DNA of 64,000 bases from a virus. The stretch lies in the IMG/VR virus record IMGVR_UViG_3300033146_003479, positions 32,001-96,000 of that record; one strand, 5' to 3'. Shown piece by piece: positions 1 through 10,688 of the stretch (position 1 is the stretch's first letter; the number at the start of each line of letters is the position of its first letter). Position numbers and translations under genes: made by a program. The notes under the pieces are model-generated. The model was not told where the DNA came from and did no database searches. It was given only the letters and a program-made list of their open reading frames with translations.

Positions 1-1306
1 GTAATTTGAAATAAATTCCGGATTCAGCATTACTTTCATTCTTATGATAAGTTAATTTATTAAAATTTCGAGGAAAACTATTACTTGTACCTGAAATTTC
101 ATATTTAGGCTTATCTAATTTTAAAATCTTATTTTCAGTGATAGGAATGTTAGTATTATTTATTTGTCCGACTCCTTTTTTGACAATCACATAATTCACA
201 TTATCATCTTTTATCTTAGCATTATCATTTGTTAGATTTTTTTCGATTGAGCCATATTTCAGATTCTCAGTAATAGTCCATAAATTAAACTCTATTATTG
301 ATGTAAATGATGTAATAAATGGTATAAATTGATATCCCACAAACACCGCTGAGAATATTGGCAAAAACGCCCAAGGAACATGAGGTATATCTGGAGCACT
401 ATCACTTAATGCAGGAATATTATAAAATAAATTTGCAATATCTAAAGATTGCGTACTTAATAATGCTGTCTCATCACCATCTGTAGTAAGAGATTCCATA
501 GACTTATAATCTCTGTTAGACATCTTCATATCAGTCAAAGAATTAACGTGAATGGATAATCCATCTATTATTTCATTATTATATGAAACATTTTCATCTA
601 AAATATCACTTATTTTATGTTGACGATTAAAATATTGAACATTTTCAATTTCTACTTTACCAATCGGAGGTTCAATGAGATTGGATTGAATCACATCTAT
701 CTTAGCGAAGTCGAAATACTGAATTATTGTAGTATTAGAAGAAGTCATCTGACTCATTGCAAATTCCTTTTCTATAAACTCAAATTCAACTAATAGTCTA
801 TCTGCTCCAATGAGACCCTCATCTAAATGATATTTAACTGCTGGATCCTTTAAATTCTCATCATCCTCTGCATCAACAATAAAATATTTAACTTGTAATC
901 CTAATTCGAAGGATAATTTTCCATCCTGAAGAGTTGGAATTTGAGATGAAGTTAGTTTATAATCTAACGAATTAATTTTCCAAACAGTTCCATCATAATA
1001 CACTAATCCAGACTCAGCAATTATAAACCACGAATCGGCATTACCATCATTCGAAGTGTCTCGTTTTTCTATCGATAAACTCATCCCTTGAACAATACTT
1101 CCATTCCTAAAGAATATATCTAAGAAATCTTTACCTTTCTCATTCAAAATGGTTTGCATTTGAGTGAGTTCTCTAGTTTGTAGCGGACGTCCAGGTTTGA
1201 ATAAAATTTGTCGATAATCTTTTGAGTTTGAATCTGATGAAAAATAGTCATCAAAATAATCGGCTTCTCTTAAATTATTTCTATTTACAATTGGTTTTTT
1301 GGCCAT
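1..1306 (-). CDS. DUF4815-family virion structural protein (partial, runs off left edge)
   Basis: Not in the ORF track. ATG at 1306 with AGAGGT RBS; translates MAKKPIVNRNNLREADYFDDYF...YRQILFKPGRPLQTRELTQMQTIL, the typical DUF4815 N-terminus (YFDD..ILF.PG..Q.RELTQ.Q). Confidence 0.8.
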   Translation of the reverse strand, partial: MAKKPIVNRNNLREADYFDDYFSSDSNSKDYRQILFKPGRPLQTRELTQMQTILNEKGKDFLDIFFRNGSIVQGMSLSIEKRDTSNDGNADSWFIIAESGLVYYDGTVWKINSLDYKLTSSQIPTLQDGKLSFELGLQVKYFIVDAEDDENLKDPAVKYHLDEGLIGADRLLVEFEFIEKEFAMSQMTSSNTTIIQYFDFAKIDVIQSNLIEPPIGKVEIENVQYFNRQHKISDILDENVSYNNEIIDGLSIHVNSLTDMKMSNRDYKSMESLTTDGDETALLSTQSLDIANLFYNIPALSDSAPDIPHVPWAFLPIFSAVFVGYQFIPFITSFTSIIEFNLWTITENLKYGSIEKNLTNDNAKIKDDNVNYVIVKKGVGQINNTNIPITENKILKLDKPKYEISGTSNSFPRNFNKLTYHKNESNAESGIYFKL

Positions 1307-1381
1307 AATTTACCTCTAAAATATATTAATTCGAATTACTTTTTATTTATCGTTTTGTTGGATCAATCGACCAAGAGTAAT

Positions 1382-2755
1382 TTATGGAATATTAATGGTT
1401 CTGAAATTAAATGTATAATCAGTAGATAGCGGAATTCCTAATGGGAATTCTGTTGATGTTCTTATCGATGACGTTGACTTATCTATAGAAACATGAAAAT
1501 TTTCCATATTAGATAAACTAGAATCAGGCATAAATTTATAAGATGTGAGTCCATAATTCATATCACAAATTATCCATCCATCAACATGTCTATCAAATCC
1601 ATAATATAAATCATTTAGAATGGAATCCCAGTAGAATTCTCCTTTCTTTGATGGAACAATGCTTCCTATAGGACTATCTATACCGATTATAGAATTAATT
1701 GGTATGATTTGTCCGGGAACAACAATAGAATTATCATTCATCACGCTAATGGATATGGAATTATGATTCATCATCTCATTGAATGTTATTATTATCGATG
1801 AATTAACATTTACAGATACTTGATCGTCAAATGGAGAAGTAGATATCACAAAAGGACGAACTTCTTTGCCGGTGGAAAATGACCACTCATACGATTCTCT
1901 CAGGGATTCATCATGTTTCCCTGTAGTATTTTGTTTATGAACAACTACTCGATATGAGGAATCATCAACCAATACTTTATTTGGCTTAAAATAATATAAT
2001 TTATTGTTAACTGTATCTATTTCACCTTGACCTGCTATTTTTTCTCCATGCTGATCGTATACTGAAATCTCCGCTGACTCGATGACTCGATCAAACTCAA
2101 CGGAAAATGAATCTCCTCTATATGAAGAATCATAAGATTTACCACTAAGCATATATGTAGAAGTTTGATTTAAAAAAGTCAATCTAATCTTTCGGATGAA
2201 ATTTCCCACACTCTTTGGAGCAAATCTACACGATACAGTTTGTTCTGAAAGTGGAGGAACAACTAAATCAACTATATGAGACAAAAATGCACCATCTTGA
2301 ATCTTAAATTTAAATGATTTTGTGGTTTCAGTAACGTATATATACTTAATGACTAATTCATAATTCGAATCATTACTAATAACAAATGATAAGTGGTTAG
2401 TTGTGTTTATTTCTGTATCCGAGAATAATAATGGCAAACTCACCCCAACTTCAACTCCTATCGCACTAGAGTTAAAGTTGCCAACTGAAGATGTATCATC
2501 AAAAAACTCAAAATCACAAGTAATTGCAGAATCAATAGTTGGAATCACAGAAACATTCATCGTAATTGTTTCTCCTATTGAAATCTCTTGATTAGTATTT
2601 TCAATGACAAAATTCACATCATCACTCATACTGATATTTGTTATAGTTACTGTCTCATCTCCAGAATTAGTTAATTCTAACGGAATTGACTGAATATCAT
2701 TAACATTTACATTACCAAAATTAAAAGATGTAGGGAAACAAGTTATGAGTTTCAT
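1382..2755 (-). CDS. Virion protein with tandem Ig-like domains (ASH/choice-of-anchor-D-like plus SbsA/Big_5-like)
   Basis: FNFGNV...LELTNSGDETVTITNI and VISTSPFDDQVSVNVNSSIIITFNEMM motifs; located in the baseplate cluster. Confidence 0.65.
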   Translation of the reverse strand: MKLITCFPTSFNFGNVNVNDIQSIPLELTNSGDETVTITNISMSDDVNFVIENTNQEISIGETITMNVSVIPTIDSAITCDFEFFDDTSSVGNFNSSAIGVEVGVSLPLLFSDTEINTTNHLSFVISNDSNYELVIKYIYVTETTKSFKFKIQDGAFLSHIVDLVVPPLSEQTVSCRFAPKSVGNFIRKIRLTFLNQTSTYMLSGKSYDSSYRGDSFSVEFDRVIESAEISVYDQHGEKIAGQGEIDTVNNKLYYFKPNKVLVDDSSYRVVVHKQNTTGKHDESLRESYEWSFSTGKEVRPFVISTSPFDDQVSVNVNSSIIITFNEMMNHNSISISVMNDNSIVVPGQIIPINSIIGIDSPIGSIVPSKKGEFYWDSILNDLYYGFDRHVDGWIICDMNYGLTSYKFMPDSSLSNMENFHVSIDKSTSSIRTSTEFPLGIPLSTDYTFNFRTINIP

Positions 2756-2756
2756 T

Positions 2757-4097
2757 TTATTCTCCTGTTGATATTTCAGTTGAATTATTCAAAGGATAAG
2801 TTGTCATCACATTCAGAGCATTTGATTCAGACACTATTGGTTGAAAGAACGTCTTAGGTTTTTGATCCCAAGTAATATGCATTCCCGCAGGATGCACAAT
2901 TTGGCACACTATATCTTTATAAACGTCCTCTTTTAAGTCTGTAACTAAAGTATATGCATAATATGTATACCACCAATCATGGTTTATTTGAGATTCATCA
3001 ATATACATTGGATTTGGGTCTATACCGTGTAAATGATCAAAACGATTAGTGTGAGGATTTCTACCACTAGCAACAGTATATCTCCAAACAGGACTATTAT
3101 CTTTAGACCAAACTGCTCTATAATTCTCAATAAATCCTTGCTCATATAATGTTTGTCCCAATAGTGTAGGGTTAATTCCAATAGGTAAAGTATATTTATA
3201 ATTCGGAACATCTATTGGAGCCGCAGGATAATTACTTTCCTCATGTAAATTATTAATAGCAACTATCGACTCTCGTTCTTCTGAACTTATATCGGATTTA
3301 AATCTAATGAATAAAATACCCTGTCTAGTATCAGTCACATTTATATCAACAGGAGCACTAGCACATATAATATCATCTGCATTTCTATAAATCTGCAAAT
3401 TGCCACGAAACATTCTAAATAATGCATAAAATGAATTAACACTACCCTTTGATTTATGAAACTCCCTACTCCAACGTAAAAAATTTCGAATATTATCATA
3501 ATTTAATAATAAATTATGATGTTCATCATATTGATAAATCTCATCCATTTGATTCGGATCAAATACAAAATCGGATTTATATAGTTTCCATGAATTAAAT
3601 TCCTTAATATATAAGCCATTCTCTATTATATTTTGATATTTCCATTTTAATTCATGAGTAACGCTATCTATTTGTTGAATTCCATCAGAATCTAAGTGTG
3701 GAAACCTCATTCTACCTGTTTTAGTAGCAATATATTTGCTACCTTGAATGGATCCCAGAGGTTCTCCCAATAATAAATCAACATGCTCTGGCATTCTAAC
3801 AAAATATGGAATAAATGAAATATTGTCTGAAAACTCTTGAGCAAACACATCAATCATCATCTTTAATGATAAATCAGGAACTCGTTCTATATCCACAAAT
3901 GAATCCAACTGACTCAATACTCTCCAAAAACCATATCGTCTTTTCCCAGTGGAATCAATATACATACTCTCAGATTGCTCAAGCCAAAGTTGTATGAATT
4001 TTGTAAAATTGGGATATTCTTCTAATTCCTCATTGGTGAAAAATCTACTAGTTAATACCGATAGATATTTCTTACTTATTTTTAATTTACTACTCAT
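2757..4097 (-). CDS. Baseplate wedge protein, T4 gp7-like (wedge initiator)
   Basis: FHKSKGSVNSFYALFRMF and C-terminal IVHPAGM motifs; directly downstream of gp6. Confidence 0.6.
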   Translation of the reverse strand: MSSKLKISKKYLSVLTSRFFTNEELEEYPNFTKFIQLWLEQSESMYIDSTGKRRYGFWRVLSQLDSFVDIERVPDLSLKMMIDVFAQEFSDNISFIPYFVRMPEHVDLLLGEPLGSIQGSKYIATKTGRMRFPHLDSDGIQQIDSVTHELKWKYQNIIENGLYIKEFNSWKLYKSDFVFDPNQMDEIYQYDEHHNLLLNYDNIRNFLRWSREFHKSKGSVNSFYALFRMFRGNLQIYRNADDIICASAPVDINVTDTRQGILFIRFKSDISSEERESIVAINNLHEESNYPAAPIDVPNYKYTLPIGINPTLLGQTLYEQGFIENYRAVWSKDNSPVWRYTVASGRNPHTNRFDHLHGIDPNPMYIDESQINHDWWYTYYAYTLVTDLKEDVYKDIVCQIVHPAGMHITWDQKPKTFFQPIVSESNALNVMTTYPLNNSTEISTGE

Positions 4098-6667
4098 TAT
4101 ACACTCATCTCGGCTTTCATTGCTATTTTCGACTGTCCTTTCATAATAATCACATTACCAACACTTTCAAAATCATTTGTTGATGTTTGAAATGCAAATT
4201 GCAAAGGAAACGTATCTTTCATGTGATTGTTCCCATTAATCCACATTGACGACTTACCATCCACATTATAGTAAACTTCTCCTCTATCTATTTCCACAAA
4301 TGATGATAATTCATCATCATACCGAATCGGCAATTGAGAAATTTCATCGAAATAATAGTCATATAAGAATAAATCTTCAATGTTTTTATATGCGAGTCTT
4401 GAATTCTCACTATCCACATAAAAATATTCAACTTCAATGTCATCAACATCAGCATAATATTGAACATCCAATGTTAATCGTTCAATTTCCTTTTGAAGAC
4501 GATCAACTTCATTTTGAAGCACATTTCTTCTCCATATGTCCCAAAATCCACGTAAATTATCAATTTTCTCTTGTAGCATTATCTTTTTTATTTTTAGATT
4601 ATTTTGCGATAATGCTAATTTTTCATTCGTTTTATTAATCTCTTCTCGTCTTGTTTCTAATCCCAACAATAAATTCTTTTGATTATCATTCATAAACATC
4701 CAAAATGAATTTCTAGTGTATAGTTGAATCAATCCAGTCGCATATGTGATTTTTCCAAACTCTTTCACTTTTCCTGTATGTTGCCACGTAGGTATAAATC
4801 GAAGACGACTTTGATCTTCTGAATATTTCTCTGAGACAAAAGAAACAGCATAATATTCATTTAAATATATAGTACCTGTACCATCATTATTGGGAATATC
4901 ACTAATTTCATATTTAAACATCTTATGAACTTTTGTTCTAGTATTATTCATATGGTTCAATTCACTTACCATTTGATTATCAGTATCTCTGAAAGTTGGT
5001 ACTCCATTTTCATTATAAATATCATAATAAGTGCTTCGATTAAAAACTTTCAAAAACGTTTTTGAAAGTTCGATCTTATCTATTTGTCCAACGGAAAGCG
5101 GATTATTTAAATTCAAATAAATATCACTCATGATGTCTTTTTTACTCACTAACTTGTAAAAATTCATAGTAAATGACGTATTATTATGATTTATTTCAGG
5201 AGCATTATCTAATGCTTGAATTACATTGGAATGTTTAAAGTATTGATCAAACCCTCTAATGTCATTAAATGCTTTAGCGATCACATTTTCTATTTCTAAA
5301 TCAACTAACTGGGGCTGATAACGTCTAGAATCAAAATAAACTGTGCTATTCACATTAACACTAACAAACTCAGGATCAATAAAAATTGGAGCAATAGATG
5401 TGATACTTTTTGATTTTATTATATTTGATAAAATCATTTGCTCTTCATCTGTGAGAATTAAATGACTTCGTTTAAAATCCAATAAATCTATACTCTTAGT
5501 TGCACAAATCCCAACTGCTCCCATTCGAATCGGTCGCAATTCTTCTCCACTCATACACTTAATATCATCAAGAGGTATACTCTGTTGATGAGACAAAAAC
5601 AATTCATAATCACGAGTTGTTACCATTCTATTTTGGGCAGACCAAAATGACGGAGCAAATTTCTTTATTGACTCCACATCTTCAACATCAGAACCCCCGG
5701 CTGAAACCTCTAATCTCTCTGTTAAAACAAACATCTCATTTAAATTATATGTCGCTAATGTTCCATTTTGCTTATAATATTCTATATCTCCTCGCAAAAT
5801 AAAATCTTTTTTACCATTACCCTCAATACCATCAGTTATGAAATAGTAAATGTTTAAAATGTTTTCTGGAATTTTACCTAAAACTCCATCTCCAAACTTT
5901 AATGATATGCCAGATTCATCATTATTAACAAAAAACATATTTGCGGCTTTTAATGAAAGTAAAAAATCATCCCAATTGTTAGTCCCTTGGGTTTTATCCA
6001 TATCAAAATCATCTAATGTGTCAAAATTATTCCACATATCATTTGTTATAGCATCTTGAACTACTAATGATCCCACTGCGTTATCAATATCAACATCATC
6101 TAATCTTATAGTTTGATTTGGAATATTATCTTCAGGGACAAAGGTGAGTTGTTGCCATTCTCCTTGTTGTGCTTCAACATACATCGGAGCATCATTAGTT
6201 GAAATAATTCCATTATCGATTCGAGTCCATGCTCCTTCGTACCAAATGAATTCCACATTTTCCATCAAACTAAACTTTGTTCCATCATCCGAAATGAGTA
6301 TTTTATATTTCGGAATCTTTAAAACATTAGTTCGATAATAATCAGTATTAGCATCAGTTAAATTATTTATTTTCAATAAAACTTTAATTCGTGCGGCTTT
6401 TTTTCGAGCAGGTTGATACCCCAATGTTCTACCTAAAGCATATATATTCTTTTTTAATTGAGCGTATGGTAAATATAATTCATTTATACTAGTTGTCATA
6501 TAATAATTGTTATAGAAGGTAATATATGCTAATTTTTCAATTAAATATGTTAATGCACTTCCTTCAAAATCATAATCTTTAAATGGAGAATTAGGATCAA
6601 ACTGGAATTTATTCTTTAATGATTGTTTTATTTCATCAAATTCTAAAGAAATTAAATCTACATTCAT
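4097..6667 (-). CDS. gp6: Baseplate wedge subunit, T4 gp6-like
   Basis: N-terminal LEFDEIKQSLK..FKDYDFEGSALTYLIEKLAY; GGSDVEDVESIKKFAP..AQNRMVTTRDY. Confidence 0.9.
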   Translation of the reverse strand: MNVDLISLEFDEIKQSLKNKFQFDPNSPFKDYDFEGSALTYLIEKLAYITFYNNYYMTTSINELYLPYAQLKKNIYALGRTLGYQPARKKAARIKVLLKINNLTDANTDYYRTNVLKIPKYKILISDDGTKFSLMENVEFIWYEGAWTRIDNGIISTNDAPMYVEAQQGEWQQLTFVPEDNIPNQTIRLDDVDIDNAVGSLVVQDAITNDMWNNFDTLDDFDMDKTQGTNNWDDFLLSLKAANMFFVNNDESGISLKFGDGVLGKIPENILNIYYFITDGIEGNGKKDFILRGDIEYYKQNGTLATYNLNEMFVLTERLEVSAGGSDVEDVESIKKFAPSFWSAQNRMVTTRDYELFLSHQQSIPLDDIKCMSGEELRPIRMGAVGICATKSIDLLDFKRSHLILTDEEQMILSNIIKSKSITSIAPIFIDPEFVSVNVNSTVYFDSRRYQPQLVDLEIENVIAKAFNDIRGFDQYFKHSNVIQALDNAPEINHNNTSFTMNFYKLVSKKDIMSDIYLNLNNPLSVGQIDKIELSKTFLKVFNRSTYYDIYNENGVPTFRDTDNQMVSELNHMNNTRTKVHKMFKYEISDIPNNDGTGTIYLNEYYAVSFVSEKYSEDQSRLRFIPTWQHTGKVKEFGKITYATGLIQLYTRNSFWMFMNDNQKNLLLGLETRREEINKTNEKLALSQNNLKIKKIMLQEKIDNLRGFWDIWRRNVLQNEVDRLQKEIERLTLDVQYYADVDDIEVEYFYVDSENSRLAYKNIEDLFLYDYYFDEISQLPIRYDDELSSFVEIDRGEVYYNVDGKSSMWINGNNHMKDTFPLQFAFQTSTNDFESVGNVIIMKGQSKIAMKAEMSV

Positions 6668-6668
6668 T

Positions 6669-7181
6669 CTACTCTCCCATTTTATTCACATGCTTCTTCA
6701 ATTCTTTTTTGATTTCAGAAGATGATCTCTGAACATAATCAGATAGTCCGTTTTTTAATGCTAGAGAGAAATCTGTACCATCTTCATCTAATTCATTTTT
6801 TTCATCACATTCTTGGAGAAATAATTGCTTATAGAATGACATAATATCAATAGACTCATATTTTTTTTTCTTCTTGCTCATTGATAATGGAGTCTGAGCA
6901 TACGCTATATCCGAAACTGAATTCATAATTGCACTTGAATCAGTTCCTACTCCATCTCCTCCCATTCCACCACCATCTCCACCGGCTCCATCTTCAGGTA
7001 AAGGTCGTCTAAATAAATTAGGATTTTCATCAAGCATTTGATCGAATATTTTTTGAATTTCACTCTGTTTAGTTTTACCATTAGATTCGGCGATTTTAAT
7101 TGCTTCTTGCCAACGATTAGTCAAATCGGCTCTTGAATATTTACCGTTCCGAACTAAAGTCTCAATATATTTTATATTCAT
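6669..7181 (-). CDS. Hypothetical late protein with Gly-rich segment and Lys run (candidate internal head protein)
   Basis: EDGAGGDGGGMGGDG...KKKKK; AGGAG RBS; TAAATA late-type box at 7212-7219. Confidence 0.5.
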   Translation of the reverse strand: MNIKYIETLVRNGKYSRADLTNRWQEAIKIAESNGKTKQSEIQKIFDQMLDENPNLFRRPLPEDGAGGDGGGMGGDGVGTDSSAIMNSVSDIAYAQTPLSMSKKKKKYESIDIMSFYKQLFLQECDEKNELDEDGTDFSLALKNGLSDYVQRSSSEIKKELKKHVNKMGE

Positions 7182-7230
7182 AAGACACTCCTATATAATT
7201 ATTATATATTATATTTAGAGTTTCTATAGG

Positions 7231-8217
7231 CTATACAAGAATATCCATAATATTAGATCCAACAATAGGGTCTTTTCGATTCAACCTAAACTTTTGCTTA
7301 TATGCATCATCATTACCATGAAAAAATCTCTCATATTCTCCCATACGATTCATGAGATTTTTCATTTGGTGTGCAATGAAAAAATTAAATAATTTGTTTT
7401 CACTTTTTTCACTTAATCGTTCCTTCTCAGCATTATACTCACGTATTATTGAACGCTTAATGTCTTCAGGACAACATGTTAAATCAATAAGCATTTGATT
7501 CCTCTTGAAATTACTCTTTAATTCATCACTACATAATAATGACGACATAACTGTATTATTTTCAATATGTTCCCAAACCTTAGTTGATTGCCACATTCTC
7601 ACAGTTTTACCTTCAGGCATAAATGCATTTGCTGGAGATTTCACATTGGGAATCCCATCGGCTCTATCTCCCGATAAAATTAACCACATTAATTCGTTAG
7701 TGGGATTCACACATTGAATTCGCTTCATATTTCTCGGAGAATATTGAATTACATTTCTATATTTCTGTAACTGAACAAAATCCTTATCTGATGATATTAT
7801 AATGAACTCTTCATCGATATTTCCCTTTAATTCTCCTAAAGTTCCTATAACATCATCTCCTTCGGCTCCATATACCGACACAATTATGAATGGGAAATAA
7901 TCTTTCAATTCTTGTTGAAATTCTTTCATACTTTTCCAAAAAGTTTCCCAATCAAAATCATCATCTTCTCTCTTACTATGTCTAGATGCTTTATAATAAG
8001 TTTTACCATCTTCAGATTGAAATGCCTTTTTCCTCCAAGATGAAAAATCTGATGCTAATACAACTTCACACTCTCGTTTAAACTCACTCGATATAGATAA
8101 AATCTGATTCAATATCAAATGTTTTAGGAAATGCATAGACTCATGAACATCTTTTTTATCCTTCTTTATGACAAACAGACTATTAAATACTAATTGTGAA
8201 AAATCTATTACTATCAT
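7231..8217 (-). CDS. rnh: T4-type RNase H / 5'-3' exonuclease (FEN family)
   Basis: VIDFSQ, YKASR, EGDDVIGTL, ISSDKDFVQL, LSGDRADGIPNV, RNQMLIDL motifs. Confidence 0.92.
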   Translation of the reverse strand: MIVIDFSQLVFNSLFVIKKDKKDVHESMHFLKHLILNQILSISSEFKRECEVVLASDFSSWRKKAFQSEDGKTYYKASRHSKREDDDFDWETFWKSMKEFQQELKDYFPFIIVSVYGAEGDDVIGTLGELKGNIDEEFIIISSDKDFVQLQKYRNVIQYSPRNMKRIQCVNPTNELMWLILSGDRADGIPNVKSPANAFMPEGKTVRMWQSTKVWEHIENNTVMSSLLCSDELKSNFKRNQMLIDLTCCPEDIKRSIIREYNAEKERLSEKSENKLFNFFIAHQMKNLMNRMGEYERFFHGNDDAYKQKFRLNRKDPIVGSNIMDILV

Positions 8218-8220
8218 AAC

Positions 8221-8952
8221 TTACCCCAAATCTCTTTTAAATCTTTCATTTAATCTCTGCATCCCTGTAATATACGTGCTAGCAACATCAACATCTGGCA
8301 TCTCTAATGAAATATCCTCTAATGTTTTACCGCCGTAGAATTTTTTCTTTATAATCACTCGCTCATTATTAGGCAAAGTATTAATGTTTCTATTATATTT
8401 CGCAAAGGTCTTCATCTTCTTATTCAATTGATCCAAGAGCATTCTATGTTTACTATAAGTAGATTTCATTTCAAGTTCTCGACTCACATCATTAATAAAT
8501 CTACCATTCCTATAGACCTCTGTAATAAAATATTTCCCATCTTCTCCGAGATTTGAAACACATTCCCAAAGATATTGATCTCGTGTGTTAATAAAATCCT
8601 CTTCATAATCAAGATCTAAATTATCATTTACAGAAATATCCCAGGTATAAGTAAATCCATCATCTGAATCAGAACTCTCATCATATCGAACTTCTGAAAA
8701 ATTATTTTTTAATATAGTTCTATGATAATAATTCACAACATCTGCTAACACAAAATTATATAAAAAATTATAAAATTCAAATTTATCATCATACTCTTCG
8801 ATTTTATCACACAATCGCTCAAATGCCTTCGAATATAACTCATCCATAACATGCTTTCTTGATTTTTCATGCTTAAATTTTCGATTAATCATACTATAAA
8901 CCAACTTAATATTCTTACTAATCAAATCTCTGTGCTCTCTTTTCATATACAT
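8221..8952 (-). CDS. Phage-encoded sigma70-family RNA polymerase sigma factor
   Basis: Region-2-like LISKNIKLVYSMINRKF...FYNFLYNFVLADVVNYYHR; region-4-like HTH at the C-terminus (LPNNERVIIKKKFYGGKTLEDIS). Confidence 0.7.
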   Translation of the reverse strand: MYMKREHRDLISKNIKLVYSMINRKFKHEKSRKHVMDELYSKAFERLCDKIEEYDDKFEFYNFLYNFVLADVVNYYHRTILKNNFSEVRYDESSDSDDGFTYTWDISVNDNLDLDYEEDFINTRDQYLWECVSNLGEDGKYFITEVYRNGRFINDVSRELEMKSTYSKHRMLLDQLNKKMKTFAKYNRNINTLPNNERVIIKKKFYGGKTLEDISLEMPDVDVASTYITGMQRLNERFKRDLG

Positions 8953-8968
8953 CTCCTTATATAAAAAA

Positions 8969-9268
8969 TTATTTATTATTCTCTTGAACCTCTAATTGAC
9001 GATACTCCATAAACATTTTAGGATATTTTTTTGCGAAATGACAAACCTGAGTTGATATGTCGTTTTCTTTTTGAAGATATTCAGAAAGAGTCTTCATCTC
9101 TTCTTCAGTGCCAGTCAATATTTTGGAGTATTTACCATCACTACTTCGCAATAACGAATATGTCCAAACTCCAAAAAAAAACTCTTTTTTATCGATATGA
9201 CGAAGAACCAACTTAATTTCATCAATATCTTTGTATGGTTGCACTAACACGAATTGTTTCATCTTCAC
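8969..9268 (-). CDS. Hypothetical protein
   Basis: ORF with GGAG RBS and upstream TGATATATTA motif; first gene of the sigma-rnh operon. Confidence 0.5.
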   Translation of the reverse strand: MKMKQFVLVQPYKDIDEIKLVLRHIDKKEFFFGVWTYSLLRSSDGKYSKILTGTEEEMKTLSEYLQKENDISTQVCHFAKKYPKMFMEYRQLEVQENNK

Positions 9269-9402
9269 TCCTGGATTTCAATAAATTAATAACATTATAA
9301 TATATCATAAAAATAAAAATTTCAATTGTTTTTATAACCGAAATTATATTTTACAATTTATTCATACTATATATATACTGATTTTTTACAGATGCAAGTG
9401 TA

Positions 9403-9612
9403 TTAATAAGAAAACTCGATATTTATTTTAGAAATGATTTCGGATTTCATTTTCTCTTTTAAATCTGAAACGACATGATTTAAAAATGACTCCGCGGTAG
9501 CAAAATTAGATTCATCATCTTTTGGATCTATTCCAGGCTCTTCTTGACAATCAGGACAATTCCCTTTTGTAAATTTTATATCGTCTAATATGAACCTCTT
9601 AAATGATTCCAT
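9403..9612 (-). CDS. Small hypothetical late protein
   Basis: AGGAG RBS; TATAAATA at 9647-9654 on the minus strand; N-terminal MESFKRFI. Confidence 0.5.
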   Translation of the reverse strand: MESFKRFILDDIKFTKGNCPDCQEEPGIDPKDDESNFATAESFLNHVVSDLKEKMKSEIISKINIEFSY

Positions 9613-9629
9613 GATGTCTCCTTTAATTA

Positions 9630-9654
9630 TATAAATATATACATATTATTTATA
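9630..9654. promoter_or_regulatory. Two opposed T4-type late promoter boxes (TATAAATA)
   Basis: TATAAATA on plus at 9630-9637 (towards ruvC) and on minus at 9647-9654 (towards the 69-aa ORF). Confidence 0.6.
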
Positions 9655-9670
9655 ACTTTAGAGGATAAAA

Positions 9671-10261
9671 ATGCAAGTTAAACATTTAGTAGGAATAGAT
9701 ATGAGTATTTCATCACCAGGAGTTAGCATATTCGATGTCGCCAAAAATACATATCAGATTTTCGCATACTCCAATAAACAAAAGTCAAAAATAGACTTGA
9801 CAGTTGATAATTTCCATCTAATTGTTGAACCACAAATGCAATGGAAAAAAATGAACATTTCGGATTTCGATAGATATCTTTTAATCGCCGAAAGAGCATT
9901 CAAATTCGTTCAGGATTTAGTGGACGTTAAGGGTACAATTGTTTATTTTGAAGGATACGCATTTGCGGCTAAAGGTAAAGTTTTTAATATCGCTGAAGTA
10001 ACTGGGATGGTAAAATATCTCATTCGCAAATACGGATGGAACTTTGAAGTGTTGGCACCTGCTGAATGGAAAAAAGAAATTATAGGTAAAGGAAATGCAA
10101 AAAAAGAAGAGATATATAATAAACTATATCTAGATAGTCCATTTCAAAGCGTTCTGAAGGAGTTAGAATCTAGAGGATTCCCATATAAAAAAGGGAAATT
10201 CGTTGAAGATATTTGTGATAGTTATTCAATCCTTCAATGGATCGTACAAAAATCAATTTAA
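9671..10261 (+). CDS. ruvC: RuvC-like Holliday junction resolvase
   Basis: VGIDMSISSPG (Asp), YFEGYAF (Glu), APAEWKKEIIGKGNAKKE, and C-terminal DICDSY catalytic acidic residues. Confidence 0.85.
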   Translation: MQVKHLVGIDMSISSPGVSIFDVAKNTYQIFAYSNKQKSKIDLTVDNFHLIVEPQMQWKKMNISDFDRYLLIAERAFKFVQDLVDVKGTIVYFEGYAFAAKGKVFNIAEVTGMVKYLIRKYGWNFEVLAPAEWKKEIIGKGNAKKEEIYNKLYLDSPFQSVLKELESRGFPYKKGKFVEDICDSYSILQWIVQKSI

Positions 10262-10686
10262 ATATCATATTTTTTCTGAAATTGATAAAACTTCTTGTCT
10301 TTTGACGGAATAACATCAACAAACACTTGAGACAACTCTTCAAATGAAATATCTAGCGATTCAACATCTCTCAATAAAACTAAATTCCATTTAACTAGTA
10401 AACTCATAACCTTTTTCAACATTAGAATATTCAAGTCTGTGGTAATCACAGACTTTCCATCTAATTCAAAAAATTGATTGAAGTGTCCAATATAATATCT
10501 ATCTTTTTTATGTAGTATGTGACAAGATTGACATAGAACATTCTCAGTTAATACGCCAATTCGTCCCAACGTCTCTCTTACAACTGAAAATGGTTGAAGT
10601 AATTCTATTTCAATAAAATTCGACAATATAGTTTCGATTTTATCCGGCGATAAACTAATCCAAGTCTTATTCTTTTGATTTATCAT
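10258..10686 (-). CDS. regA: RegA translational repressor
   Basis: VRETLGRIG..LCQSCHILHKKDRYYIGHF..FELDGK matches T4 RegA; follows gp44 and gp62 as in T4. Confidence 0.92.
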   Translation of the reverse strand: MINQKNKTWISLSPDKIETILSNFIEIELLQPFSVVRETLGRIGVLTENVLCQSCHILHKKDRYYIGHFNQFFELDGKSVITTDLNILMLKKVMSLLVKWNLVLLRDVESLDISFEELSQVFVDVIPSKDKKFYQFQKKYDI

Positions 10687-10688
10687 TT

